NCBI RefSeq assembly: GCF_964204645.1
Contig: NC_134030.1
Span: 16,368,110-16,432,109, forward strand
Reading direction: 5' to 3'
DNA: 64,000 nt
Source: Tubulanus polymorphus
Taxonomy: Eukaryota; Animalia; Nemertea
Below are positions 13,110-26,500 of the stretch, one piece after another. Under the pieces are notes generated by a model. The model searched no databases, was not told the origin of the DNA, and worked only from the letters and a program-made list of their open reading frames with translations. Position 1 is the stretch's first letter, and each line of letters starts with the position of its first letter. Both the position numbers and the translations under genes were made by a program.

Positions 13110-14940
13110 CAAATGACTTCCCTAGTGGCAGTTGCATGAACTAATTTAGCTGGTTAGCATACTATACCTATGTATATGTACTCACACCAGGTTTTGTGAT
13201 ATCTACAGTAAGATGGCTGAATTACACGTGAAAAATGGTTGCTAGAATCAGTTATCAAATTTTACACCCCCTGGTGGTTAGAATAGGAACTACTTATGTG
13301 AGGGGTTCGTTGTATCTTATATCCAGGTGCATGTTTATTAATTTTCATAGAAATCCCTTTATCCGCTCAGTAGATGCATTTCGAGCAACTTGTAGGTGCA
13401 CTACTGGAAAACCATGAGTTACCAACTTAAACAATTCATCAATACAAGTGTCTTGAAAAGGGCTAGTGACCACACATTGCAACAAAAATTCTATCGCCAA
13501 TGGTTAAGGAGCTAGGAGCAAAAATCATTGTTTTCACAGTCCCCTGGTGGCAGTTGTAAGAACTAATCATGCAGGTTGGCATATTGCACACATGTCCATA
13601 TACCTTTGGTACAGAATTACAGAATCGGTATGGAGTGAAAGATGTTCCTTTAGAATGGTTTAGGTCATATTTAGAAAATAGGTATCAGCGTGTCGTGATT
13701 GACAGATCGTCATCTCAAAATGTTAAACTCATGTGTGGTGTACCTCAGGGGAGTGTACTAGGCCCTACACTTTTCAGTTTATTTCTTGCACCAATCGAAG
13801 AAATTATTATTAAACATAAACTCGACTTAATGTTATATGCCGATGATACCCAGATTTATTTCGTCTGCAAGAGTTGTGCAGCTTCTAAATCAAGAGTTGA
13901 GAAGTGTGTTGACGAAATAAAGGAATGGTTGAAGTGCAATAGACTTGTTTTTAATGATAGTAAGACAGAGGTTATACATTTTACGTCAAAATTTCGTAAG
14001 GGAGACAAGCTATCAAGTATTAGAATAGGAGATGACAGTATAGCTACTTGTCAGTCAGTCAGAGATCTTGGCTTTTATTTCGATCATAATAATCATTTTA
14101 CCATGTCTTGTCAAATATCTTACGTCTGTAGATCGATTTCTTACTCCCTGCATCGCATTGGTAAAATACGCAAGTTTTTAGATCGCACTAGCACCGAAAG
14201 ATTGATTCACGCTTTTATAACTTCCAAATTAGATTACTGTAATAGTCTTCTCTACGGTCTTCCGAATTGTTATATTTCTCGCCTACAAATGCTTCAAAAT
14301 TCTGCCGCACGCCTAGTCACTCTAACTAAGAAACACGAGCATATCACTCCTATACTGTATGAACTACATTGGCTCCCTGTTCAATCGCGCATTGAATACA
14401 AAATTCTCCTGTTAACTTTTAAAATTTTGCATGACCAAGCACCAGCCTATCTTTCGTCTGTTTTAACCACTCTTACACCTTCCAGACACACGCGCTCGAC
14501 CGTGGCAACTAAATTATTTGAACCGAGATACCGCCAAGAATTTTATGGCTCTCGAGCTTTTGCGGTGGTAGCCCCCCGCCTTTGGAATGCTTTGCCACAG
14601 TCGATGCGCGATTTATCTTCCCTTAATAGTTTTACCTCGCAATTGAAAACGCACCTATTTAATCAGCACTACAAATGATTTTACTTGAAGCAACCGTTTG
14701 AAATTAAATATCTATTTTATTGGGTAATATTTTATATATCTGTCAATTGTCTTATGTTTTTGTCAATTTGTAAAGTCTGTTGAGATATTTTATGTAACGG
14801 ACTGTAAATAAATATTATTATTATTATTATTATTACTTATAGGCCTACCAAGTTTTGAAATTTTCGAAAAAAACGGACCACATTACATGCGAAAAATGGT
14901 TGCTGAAATTAGTTTTCAAAATGTGTGCCCCTAGAGCTAA
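13110..14940. repeat. Family A repeat, second copy, interrupted by an L2/CR1 insertion
   Basis: 13130-13605 aligns with 6055-6540; 14835-14935 aligns with 6540-6637. Confidence 0.8.
13606..14834 (+). mobile_element. 5'-truncated L2/CR1-group LINE (RT C-terminus, 3' UTR, (ATT)n tail)
   Basis: ORF to 14678 with GVPQGSVLGP, LYADDTQIY, LDYCNSLL, HITPIL..LHWLPV; AATAAA and (ATT)n at 14807-14834. Confidence 0.92.
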
Positions 14941-15001
14941 GAGCAAGTCTCATTTGAAATATTTGGGCCCTAATCAGCCACCATTGGACATGGCTTTTAA
15001 G

Positions 15002-16670
15002 ACTAGGGGTCCAGGGACACCATGCCCACTTGGGAAATGGTTTCAAATGCTCAACAATCTAACAATTTCAATATTCAATGCCCCCTGGTGACCATATACA
15101 AAAACCAATGACCTTGAAACTCACCACAATCATAGAACATGTCAGCAGCTACGATTTTGTAATAGATTGTGATAACAAAATATGCCCCGTTACCAATTTA
15201 ATATGGAAATACTAAGTTATTCTACTATTCAATGCCCCCTGGTGACATGTCATGAACTACAACTTTGCAATTGATCATGGTAACCAAATATCCCTAGGTA
15301 CCAATCTAATAAGGAAATACCAAGTTCTTCTACTATTCAACGCCCCCTGCTGACGATATAGAACAACTTATGTCCTTGAAACTCACCACAATCATAGACG
15401 ATGTTATGAGCTACAACTTTGCAATTGATTGTGGTAACAAAATATGCGTAGGTACAAAAATAATATAGAAATACTAAGTTATTGCATTATTCAACGCCCC
15501 CTGGTGACCATATGCAAAACCCAATGACCTTGAAACTCACCACAATCATAGAACATGTCATGAACTACAACTTTGCAATGGATCATGGTAACAAAATAGC
15601 CATACGTACCAATCTAATAACGAAATACTAAGTTATTCTACCATTCAACGCCCCCTGGTGACCATATGCAAAACCTAATGACCTTGAAACTCACCACAAT
15701 CATAGAACATGTAATGAACTACAACTTTGCAATCAATCATGGTAACAAAATATCCCTAGGTACCAATCTAATAAGGAATACTAAGTTATTGTACTATTCA
15801 ACGCCCCCTGGTGACCATATAGAATAACTTATGTCCTTGAAACTCACCATAATCATAGACGATGTCATGAGCTACATCTTTGTAATTGATTGTGGTAACA
15901 AAATATGCGTAGGTACAAATATAATAAAGAAATACTAAGTTATTGTGTTATTCAGAGCCCCCTAGTGGCCATATACAAAAAGCAATTACCTTGAAACTCA
16001 CCTAAATCATAGAAGACGTTATGAGCAACAACTTTCCAATACATTGTGGTAACACAATATGCTTAGGTATCAATATAATGTGGAAAAACTTTTTTCCACC
16101 TACGAATGAGTACTGACGCCAAGATGGCAGTCAATTGCGCCATAATTGGCTGATCAAAAATACATGTCTCAGGTATAAAACATCCCTTTCCAAAGAATAC
16201 CCATCACAAATGAGATGCAACGAGAAATGGCAAACCAGTAGGAAGCTACAGGACTCAGAATTTGGGCCAAAATTTACATTTTTGGTCACTAAAAAGGTAG
16301 GACGGCCATCTTGAGTCTGATCGACCCAATTTTTGTTATGTTGATGGGCCCTGGGGGGTTCAAATATACACGAAAGATCAAGGTAATTGATCAAAGCGTC
16401 TTCAAAATTTCCCTCAAAAAGTTCAAAAATTTGTAAAAAAACAACAATGGCTGGCAGTCGGCCATCTTGATTCTGACAGGGCCAGTTTTTGGGCTGAAGA
16501 TGTGTCTAAGGCAGATACATGTGTAACCCAAATATCAAGACATTACAATGAAGCGTCTTCTAAACTTCCCAAAATAACTGGATTCCGTCTACGGACAAAT
16601 GGATGGACGGACGACGGAAGAAAAGTGAACGCAATAGCCCGCTGGGACTAATGTCTCAAGTGGGCTAAAA
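15002..16670 (-). mobile_element. Helentron-associated non-autonomous element (HINE/DINE-1-like), family B, full length, ~7 internal 154-bp repeats
   Basis: Subterminal inverted repeat GCCCACTTG at both ends, 5' hairpin, (GTCC)-type microsatellite, 3' GTCC/GGAC hairpin, T-rich flanks; units at 15492, 15646, 15799. Confidence 0.85.
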
Positions 16671-16982
16671 AAGGACATCCTGCAACTAAAGTATGCAGTA
16701 GAGTTCTCTTAGAATGGAGTTGATATTGGCAGCTCAGTCCCTATGAAAATAAATTAAAAACTAGATCTACACATTGCGGCTATAAATCTTTTCTTGTTTG
16801 ATAAATCAATCCACAATTGTCTCTTCCATGTATTACAGTACTCCCTGGTAGCTAAATAAAAGATCATGAGACCTCGAAACTTTGGGCAGGGGCTTATCAC
16901 TCCACCAACAATACATCTGCATCACACACCACAAAATAAAACACAGGTGCACATACTACATATCCAAACAAACATGTAAAGT

Positions 16983-17083
16983 AACAAGAGAGAGCCAGTA
17001 GTTATTTATCAGATCTCCAGATCATGACCACGGACGAACGAGCTGACGCTAGTATACCCACTTCACTTCATTGGGGGTATAAT
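16983..17083 (-). mobile_element. Minimal HINE-like remnant
   Basis: Termini AACAAGAG...TATACCC-hairpin-GGGGGTATAAT resemble the architecture of the larger elements. Confidence 0.4.
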
Positions 17084-17928
17084 CCTACACTTATATATAT
17101 ATGATCAACATAACGGAAAATTCGACTGAATAGGTACATTGTATTCAGATATTTTATTGGGTCTTCTCAACCTCACTGAACAAATTTTTACAAAATAATA
17201 CAATACATATAATATGTAATTTACAACATAATTCTCACGCAATTTACCAAGAAAAATTATGGTAGGTCATCATTTTTATCATCTTAACAAATATTTAGAA
17301 TAAATCGACACATGATTTTTCCTTGTCTTTTGATTTAATCATATTAAGTAGCCAGTGAATAGTAAAAAATAAATTTAATCTAGATTGTATGTACGGTACT
17401 TCATTACTATCTTGCAATTAATTCTTGGCCCTCCATTTGCATATTCAAAATGGTACACCAAAACTTAATTTCAATAATGATCCAAGACCAAGGAGGAGGC
17501 GATTGTAGTTATGATATTTTAGATCAGGCTCTACCGCTAATCTAAGTATACCGGTACAAGACTATCTTTTGACTGCAACTTCGTCCTCATGACCCACCTC
17601 GATCATTCGGAGCCAATGAAATCCGTCCCACTTGAAATCCAGTCTAAACATCATGAATATTCAGATTGAATTGAGTGGATTTGACTGTATAAGTAATGTT
17701 TGCATTATGAGATCAAGTTGAATGCACCAATTATTGTCATGCAAATGTAAATGCAGTACCGGTATTCATATGAAATAAAACACAATCTTATTGTTCATTC
17801 TAGGCATTAACCACACAAGAGTTATCGATATCTTATTTACGAATTGGCCACACTCTATAAAACCTTGAGGCATTTTCCTGATGTCATAGTGAAATCACGT
17901 AGGCTTCATTGATTCATTTTTTTCAATA

Positions 17929-18088
17929 GGGGTCATTCATTTATTACGTACGCATTAGGGGAGGGGGAGGAGTGCAATTGCGTACTGTAATGCTTAATGT
18001 ATACGAAAAAATGGCCGATTTTGCGTACAGGGGGGAAAGGGGGTTGAAAAATTCAAATTTTATGCGTACGTAATAAATGAATGATCCC
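17929..18088. mobile_element. MITE (~160 bp)
   Basis: ~26-bp TIR GGGTCATTCATTTATTACGTACGCAT / ATGCGTACGTAATAAATGAATGATCCC; TA on both flanks. Confidence 0.85.
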
Positions 18089-18794
18089 TAGTGAGTATGG
18101 ATTTCAGTACAAATTATAAGTAATAAAATGATTAATAAATTTCAGCATTCAGATGAGATAATCTAAACTTGTCCAACAAATAAATGAATCCTTCGGTATT
18201 AAGTGTCTTAAATTTTGTTTTTTGAATTGAAAAGAAAATTTCTGAGCAAGCTGTTTTGAAAAAGGTGCATTTCATAAAAGGATAAAAACAAGATTTTGTA
18301 CTATTTGAAGGAAATTTTTGGTAACATAAGACCAATGTTGCAAAATTAACTTGCAAAACCCAACTCCCACTCAAGACAAGTACCGGTATATCTTCTAATG
18401 GCTTAGTATCTTAACGACTTTTTTCGCATGATTTCATTAAGTGAATATTTGAAGGTCTCTTGTTATTTCCTAACAAAGAGTATATTAATTCTGGATTGTA
18501 GAAATGTGGCCATCTTGAGCGAGATATGCAATTGGATAGTAGGTACTTCATAAACAGGGTCAGAAAAACATTTCCACAATATCCAAGTTGAATGTTCCAT
18601 GAATAAAATGGATCCAACTTTAAAATGATCTTTCATAGTGGGTATATGAAATGCATTGGCAGAGATGTCAACCAGTGAATTTCTGAATCTGAAACAACTG
18701 GGATATTTTTGGGTACATAATATATATATTTATCACCCACTCGAAAAAACATTCAGGCATACTGGTATGGATATAATTCCCATTTTATACAGCT

Positions 18795-19064
18795 CAATGG
18801 CTGAACCAGGGAAGTGCGGGGGGCGCGCATACCTACTTTTTTGGCAGAGTGACCTTGGAATTTTCTACCCAAGACTTTTTCTTTAGAAAATGGGGAAATT
18901 ATTAACATATTTGACTACTTATTTCAACTAGGGAAGTGCTCAGAATGCGTCTAATTTTTCAAAAAATTTTCTGTAGGAGCATACCCAGACCCTGCCCCAT
19001 ATGTGAGTAGTGACCCAAGTAAGTAGTGCGCACCCCCTTTTCTGAAAATCTAGATCCGCCCCTG
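18795..19064. mobile_element. CAGGGG-type MITE (degenerate)
   Basis: Ends CTAGATCCGCCCCTG; similar to 24260-24469 and 53058-53292. Confidence 0.6.
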
Positions 19065-19344
19065 AAGCTTTATCATAGAACAGCAAAGCACCAGGCAGTG
19101 ACCTTTGGTTGGCAACTCTATTCATTAATCTAACCTCATCAAATGCTCAAAATATAAAAAGCCACTAAAAACTGCATTAAAAATGCAAATTGTCAATAGG
19201 ACTCATCACGAATTGCAAAAATTTTGCTTCAACACATATCACCTGAAGTGTAACTAAACACCTTTGAACTTTCCTCATTCACAAAGTAATATCATTACAA
19301 CATTTCTTTGATATAATTTTATAACATCTATATAAATTTTTAGC

Positions 19345-19366
19345 TGTAATAACTATAATAATAATA

Positions 19367-19397
<31 letters not shown>
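19345..19397. repeat. (TAA)n microsatellite
   Basis: Visible directly in the sequence. Confidence 0.95.
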
Positions 19398-22300
19398 AGA
19401 TAATACATATATTTAATATAAAACATTATTTTGTTCCAAACACATATATTTATAAATGCCAGCAAATTGTGATAGTGTAGTACCGGTATGCAGCATGTGG
19501 GTACTAGTTTACAAAAAAATTCAAAAACCCCCAAAATTGTTCTCCTGTGCTTTGTCATATGAATGTCTGTGATGAATCATCACTATTCTAAACATTTAAG
19601 TACATCATTAATAAGTAAATATAGATTATCAATTTCCTGTTCATGTAAATTTTGCAGTTCCTACTTAATCCAGGAACCTGAGCTATGCAAAAACAACTAG
19701 TCTCGAGAGATGTAATAGTAAGAACTCGGACCATAAAACTGTTCTATGATAGACAAGTTAAATTTCTAAATGCATGAATAAAAAGATCAGCACCATTTTT
19801 ATAATAAAATGCATGTATATGTATCTATGAGAAATTTGTTCATCTTTCAATAGTTTGTATCAAAAAGGCAGGATGGAAAAGAACCAGTAAATTCAAGTAC
19901 AAAATTAATAAATATTGTATAAAAACCCTTTGAACCAGTCAAAAATCGTTACATGTAAACTCAAACATCAGCGATGAATAATATTCAGTCCAAAATCACA
20001 GCAGCTGCTTACCACATAAGGGAACATTTATTCATTACATATATACACAAAGGGCTCACATCAAATGCTTAATGGATCGCATAAATAGGGAGGGTCTTAG
20101 ATGATTGTAGGCACATGTGCTTACATCAAAATGTTATAGCAATGTCTTAACTGTCAACTTCAATGCCCCTAAGTGACAGACGTTGAAGTAAACAAGAGCA
20201 CTAGAGGCACTAAGCAGGTGCAGATTTAGGGGGGTGGACCATTAATTAAGTGTCCATTCGAATTTCAAGGTCCACCCCATTCAAAGAATCGTAAGTCCAC
20301 CCTTGCTACTGCTAGCCTGTAATATTCGCTTAACATGAATAATCCAATTGATGGGTCATTTGGACGAAACACAATTTCTGCTCGAAATTGACCAATGAGC
20401 AGTGAAGCCGTTTGTTCATTGATCTCATTGATTTGAATGTGGAATAAATGTGGACTGGATTTCATGCAACTTTGTTCAGTAAAATAAAATTTGATTGAAT
20501 TTTCAATTCAAGCACATGGCTAATTTGTATATCAAGGTCATCCATGCCTAGCGTAGATAACAACATTTTTTTTCCCCAACCCTTGCATAATTGACAAAGA
20601 TACATTTTCTCAAGTGCAAATGGAAATTCCTCCCTTAAACCAAATCAACTATGACTCGAGATTTCACAGGAATCAGACTTGAAGTACAATTTTTAATTTT
20701 AAAATAAAACCGGAAGTAAAACAGATGACGACACTACCTGTTCACATGAACGCCTGCTGATTTCTGTGGCTAATCCAATAATAAAGGAGACTTTGCTCTT
20801 TGATTGACTTTTTAGGAGTTATTCTTTGCGTTCAGATTTTCGTGAAAATTTCAACAAGGCCCTTTTTCAAAATTTGGCTTACTTGAAAATTGGATAATAA
20901 TTCAAAACACGTAGAATGCCAGCTGCAAATTAACTCGGACTTCTTATTCTGTCACCAGTGCTGGCTACGAGTATATTTAAAAATTCTTCATCTTTACAAT
21001 AAGATATTTGCACTCCAGATTGTGGGAATGACATACGTAGCTTCTGACTGCAATTAACTGATATCAATCTCAGTGAAGAGTTAACAAATAAAAACCCACA
21101 GTTAGACCTGTAAAAACAGTTTATTTTCCTTACAGTTTCGAGGCTTTAACTAAGCCTCAACATCAGAAAACAAAAAACACAGTAATGATTATTGTTTTTT
21201 GTTCCTCTGATGATGAGGCTTAATTAGGTGGATGGCGGTAACAACATTTGGTATATTATTGGTCATGTTACAGACATTCTGAGATGCGATAGATGTTTTC
21301 ATGGGTGATGTCAAGACTGGTGGATAATCGAGTGCGCTGTATAGTTGTATATACAAATAAATGGATGATCCCTTATATAGGTAACTGAGGTGAATAATAC
21401 ATATATAATTGAAATTCATTCAGTTTGTAAAAAGTTAGATCAAATTCAAGGTACACATACATTAAAATTTGTTTGAACAGATGTTAGACTGTAAACAATT
21501 AAGAATTCAAAGACATTTTATGAAAGTGGTCTTAAAGATTGTACATAAAATCTGTGATCAAGTTGCTAATTTCTAAGACACTCGATCACGTTGACGGTGT
21601 TTACAATAGAAACCACTGCCTCTGATAATCGGGTAGATGGGCTTCTTGTTTGACAAATGTCTTAAGTTTTACTCAAGTATTTAGCACATAGGTATATGCA
21701 ATGACTTACTGGCTGCAAACACCAGGTGTTACAATAAAGCACTAGTTATGTTTATTTAAATTTAGTTCATTTTATGAACTTTGAACTGAAATTTTAGGAT
21801 TCCAAATCCAACATTAAATTGTATTACTAAACAAGTCATCAAATAGATAGAAAGATTCACTTCCCAATTAATTGATTTACTAATGAGAAAAGTTGATTTT
21901 GAATTGAAATGTAGAATGAATCTAAAAGAAATTGGAGCATTTAACCAAGTAACCGCTAGCGACACTGGCAGATCCTCACTTGCACAGTGATGCTGATACC
22001 TCATGAACTAAAGTTTAACCTAGATGTCTCATTTGTGCTTACATGAGAAAAAGTTGAATTGTATTCCACTATTTTGAAACAACATAAATGAGTGGTAGGG
22101 GTTGTATGATAATAAATGCCAGCAGATAAGAATGAGTGAGTTTCAGAGAGAAATCATATCATTAGTAACAAGGTGAAAACACAGACATGAAAAACGATCA
22201 AGGAGTCTCTACATCTCCTAAAACCCACCTTGTCTCAATAAGTAGATACACTATCAAATTTCATAACAAAAACTTTTTACAATCAAAAACCATTTAACAA

Positions 22301-23156
22301 TTAAACAAGATGATCGATGGCAGCTAGGCACGATATTTTTCATACATAAGAAAATAATAACGTTTTTAAAATTCATATTTACTTCAACAACAACCAGCCA
22401 GCAGTTGTTTTACGAATCAATTTGGAACGCAAAAAGCACACAACCTTCTGAGAGGTCAAGGCACGATAGGGGATCAGTAAAATTCATTAAGTACATGCAC
22501 AAAACTTAAACAGTAAAATTACATCATCTCACGTGTATGAACATTGCTGGTACATTCAAAGTATCAAATTTCAGAAGTTGGTGCAGGGTCGATACGGCAG
22601 ATTAATACCTCCGATTGTCCACACCCCTCCCTCCATTATGGAACACCAATGACGATGAAACATATCCAGTTTTTACCGAGTAATTAAGATTAAGAATCAT
22701 ATTTTACATACATTCCTGTACTATAGGTGGAACGTAAATGATATCCAGATTAGATCAAGGATAGAATTAAACTGATTAAGCAACTCAAACTGTAAGACAA
22801 AAGATAAATCTTTCTCATCCTCTGCTGCTGAGAGTGAATCAAAGTATTTCAAATGACACTGCAGTGCGGTGTATATCAGACATTTTGTATATCGTGAGTC
22901 ATCTTTTCATAGTGATTACTACTAAGATAACAAATGAACTGATACACCACACTACAGTGTAGATGCACTGAAAGGTTTCAAGCCCTAAATAGTATTCTTG
23001 CCAATACAGAAAATTCTGCGTATATACTTAACGAACAGCCCCTTAAACGATTATTGACCTCTTATGTCCAGCAGTAAAATACGAAGACCGCCATGAAAGT
23101 CAGTGGTGACAGTTCACTAAAACAACTAGTGAGTGTAAGGGGCGACTTGTGATAGT

Positions 23157-23500
23157 TCAGTCTTCATCGCGATCACTCTGTGGGGTCAGATCGTAACGAG
23201 CGAACAATTCCTCTGGACTGAATCCCATCAGTGAATTTAAATCGCAGACGAAGCGATACACGTAACGTTTTCCAGCTGTTTTATGGATGATATTTTTGTC
23301 ATAGTAGTAACGCAAACCGCGACTCAGTTTTTCGTAGTTCATCTTGGGCTTGTTTTTGCGTATGCCCCATCGACGTGCAACCTCGTCTGGATCGGTCAGT
23401 TTAAATTCCCAGCCGTCGCCAGTCCAGTTGATGAAATTTTGACAGTTTTTGTCCGTCAATAATTCCAATAGGAACTGCCACAGTTGTATCGGACCACTTC
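23157..23500 (-). CDS. ETS1: Ets1/2 coding exon 8: ETS DNA-binding domain and stop
   Basis: Acceptor ctctttatag|GA; near-identical to the ETS1/ETS2/Pointed ETS domain; TGA at 23159-23157. Confidence 0.98.
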
Positions 23501-26500
23501 CTATAAAGAGATATGGTGACATTTTGATTAAATTGAGCGCAAATTTTTTGTCAATTCTGAACACTACATAATGATAAAGGAGAAAGAAACCTTAGCTAAG
23601 TCCTAAATGTCTAAGGATCTTTACATCTCAGGCTTGAAAGCCAACATTTTAGAACAAGGCTTGTCAAATGAATTCATCAATGTCATCCGTGAAGAGCATT
23701 TGAATCATAAGTATTGATTATTGAGTATTGATTTTGAATTTGATTAATGATTGCATTCCCTGGCCAATAAAGGGAATTATGTTAGTGGTAGAAATACCCA
23801 ATTCTTTGAAGTAGGTAAAAATTTTTGAAACTTTTGAATTGGATACGATCTGACGATTTTAACTAATACATGTTATATTATACTGTATGATATAACAAAA
23901 AAAATATCATGGGTATTCTAATGAGTGTATGATTGGAATTAGAAAAATCCACAAATTAGCATTTCAAGCTAAGAAGGTAAGAAGCTCAAATATATTACAT
24001 TAGCTTAAAGATCAAGCGTAGCCCCATTCATCAAAATTTGTATTATGATCTTACTCAACAGCTCACCCGTAAACTAGTACAAAATATCATTTTTCCGATG
24101 AACACTGAACTTGAATAAATATATGGGTTTGAAGAATGAATAACAGGTGTACGAATTTTCTGAATGCGCACTGACTATTTGCTATGTGTGTGACATCATA
24201 CGGGTTATACAGAGAATACAACATGCACTGCACACAGTCATGTTATCAGGGTAAGTTATCAGGGGCAGATCTAGGATAAAAATGGGTACTTTTTATGAAA
24301 CGCCACGCACTCCGGATACTTCTACACCATTTTAGGGGTGCTTTCGGTCATTTCATGCGTTGAAAAAATATTATAGGTGGAAAACCTTGGTCAAAAAATG
24401 ACATTTTTGAAGGCATTCAAAGTTGAGGGGGGGTCCAGACACACCAACATCCCCCTAGATCTGCCCCTGAGTTTTATTGGATTTCTTCCTACTCAATGCC
24501 AAATTAATTCATGATTAAGCATTGGTATAATCATTATTTTCATCATAACTGTAATCATTTAAATATACTGTCAATTGGCGCAAAAGCGTGGTAGCCAGCA
24601 AGGTAAACACGACTACTTAGACAAGATTTTAACAGTATCAGTAGACTTTCCCACGCCTCTTAAGAGACATACTGCAAGCTAATGAATGTACGTATAAAGG
24701 TATGTCATATAGGATACGGGGTATAAATAAAACTTTGAATACCATGTATATCAACATGAAACAAGAAATTCACGCTGGCTTGAATTCAGCGTATAGCCCC
24801 TATTATGACATCATCAGTGCCATCTATAAGGGTGTCAGATGAACAACGCGATGTGAAAATTCCTTCAAATTTACACTTTTCAAACATTTATATTTCAATA
24901 ATCCATCATTCATGACAGCAAAAATTCCCCAAGAATGATTATTATATGTTTATGTAACATTACCTATCTTTAAAAACAAATGCTATTGTGGGCTACGCTT
25001 GATCTTAAATTCAAAATATTTCAAATAAAAATTCTAATAATTTATCACATGGCACAGTGAAATATACCACAAGTTAAAAAGAGTTTACACAAACTAGCAT
25101 GTCTACTAGCTCACACAAAATATTCCAGTTCAAATTTTTCCTCTAAAGAATATTGTACTTACCTGAATAACCGCTTAACGATGGACTTGACTGTTTGATA
25201 TCAGGTATGTTTTGTTGTTGTGGCGTTCCACGTAGGCTCGGATGAAAATAACCAGTCACGGAATGGAATTCGTTATTTGCCCATGGATTCGCTAATTCGT
25301 GATCAATCCAATAGTCTCTCTGTAATGTCGGAATCATCTGATAGGGGGCACTGTATACATCAACTGGAGGGCTTGGATATGGTCCTATAAGAATAAGTTT
25401 AAAAAAAAATGATCACCATGAATATTTGGCTTCTCCCAAGAATAGCTAATAAACAATCATTATATTGTCTTATTTTAAAAATGAAGTTATTGGAGAAAAT
25501 ATAAGACTTTTTCTTCAGTGATTATTTTTCTAAAAATTTGCTCTCACATTAATCTGGTATGAGTTATATTAACCTGACTATGGTAACATTTATAAATTCA
25601 AATAGAGAAATTACTTTAAAACAATCATCTTATCAACAGTATTCAAAAAGCTGATAAATTAATCTGACACATTTACCAGAGTTGATTTTCCTTTGTTGTT
25701 CATATTTTTGTTCAGGCATCATTGCATAAAAATCTGCATGCGAATTATCATAGAAATTCCCACTGGGAGGTGTTACGTCCAAGCGCTGATAATCGACCTC
25801 GTCGTAACCCAGGTTCCCACCACCAGTGTTTGCCTGTTGTACATTAACTGTGTCACTGTTAGGCTTGTTCTGTGATATTTCTGAGATAGCTGGGATCTGA
25901 TATGAACCTAAAAAACAACAACAAGAAAACAAAGAGATCAGTTATAAGAATTTTACATCTTAATAGTGTAGAATCTTACCAATCTCAACTAACTCTTACT
26001 CAGTAGTTGACATCAACACAGATAGAATTTCACCAGACTCCAATGAGTAAGACAGTCTACTGTTTCCAATACTCTCAAATAATTCCCCATTATTGACCCC
26101 ACCCGAGAATTCAAAGAAGGCACAGTCTGCAACAAACGTACCAAGTACGTGCTGGTATATGAAATTTCATGATTTCATTAATTCAGAATAGAATGATTTC
26201 ATATTTGTGATAAAACCAACAAACACAATGACTCCTCAAGTTCATGTAAATATATTCTATGGCCATTTATTTCAATCAAACCATGTTATCTATAATATAC
26301 TGAAAAGTACCTTTTTATATCATAATACAGTCAAATCTACTTGATCGGGATCAATTCAATTCAGATTATGATCTAATCTGGATATCATTTATGGTCCACC
26401 AGTAACACACAACCTCAATAATAATCTAAGATGTGTTTCTTAAATGAGATGTTAATTTTTTGGATAGATAACAGCGATTTTCCATAAATAACATATATAT

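Noticed and set aside
15060-16080. Regularly spaced repeats resembling a CRISPR array
   Set aside because: Whole 154-bp units are homologous (no unique spacers), there are no cas genes, and the DNA is eukaryotic.
19340-19558. Poly-tyrosine ORF
   Set aside because: It is a translation of the (TAA)n microsatellite.
23501-23564. N-terminal 'MFRIDKK...' of the ORF-track ETS ORF
   Set aside because: Intronic read-through upstream of the acceptor at 23501.
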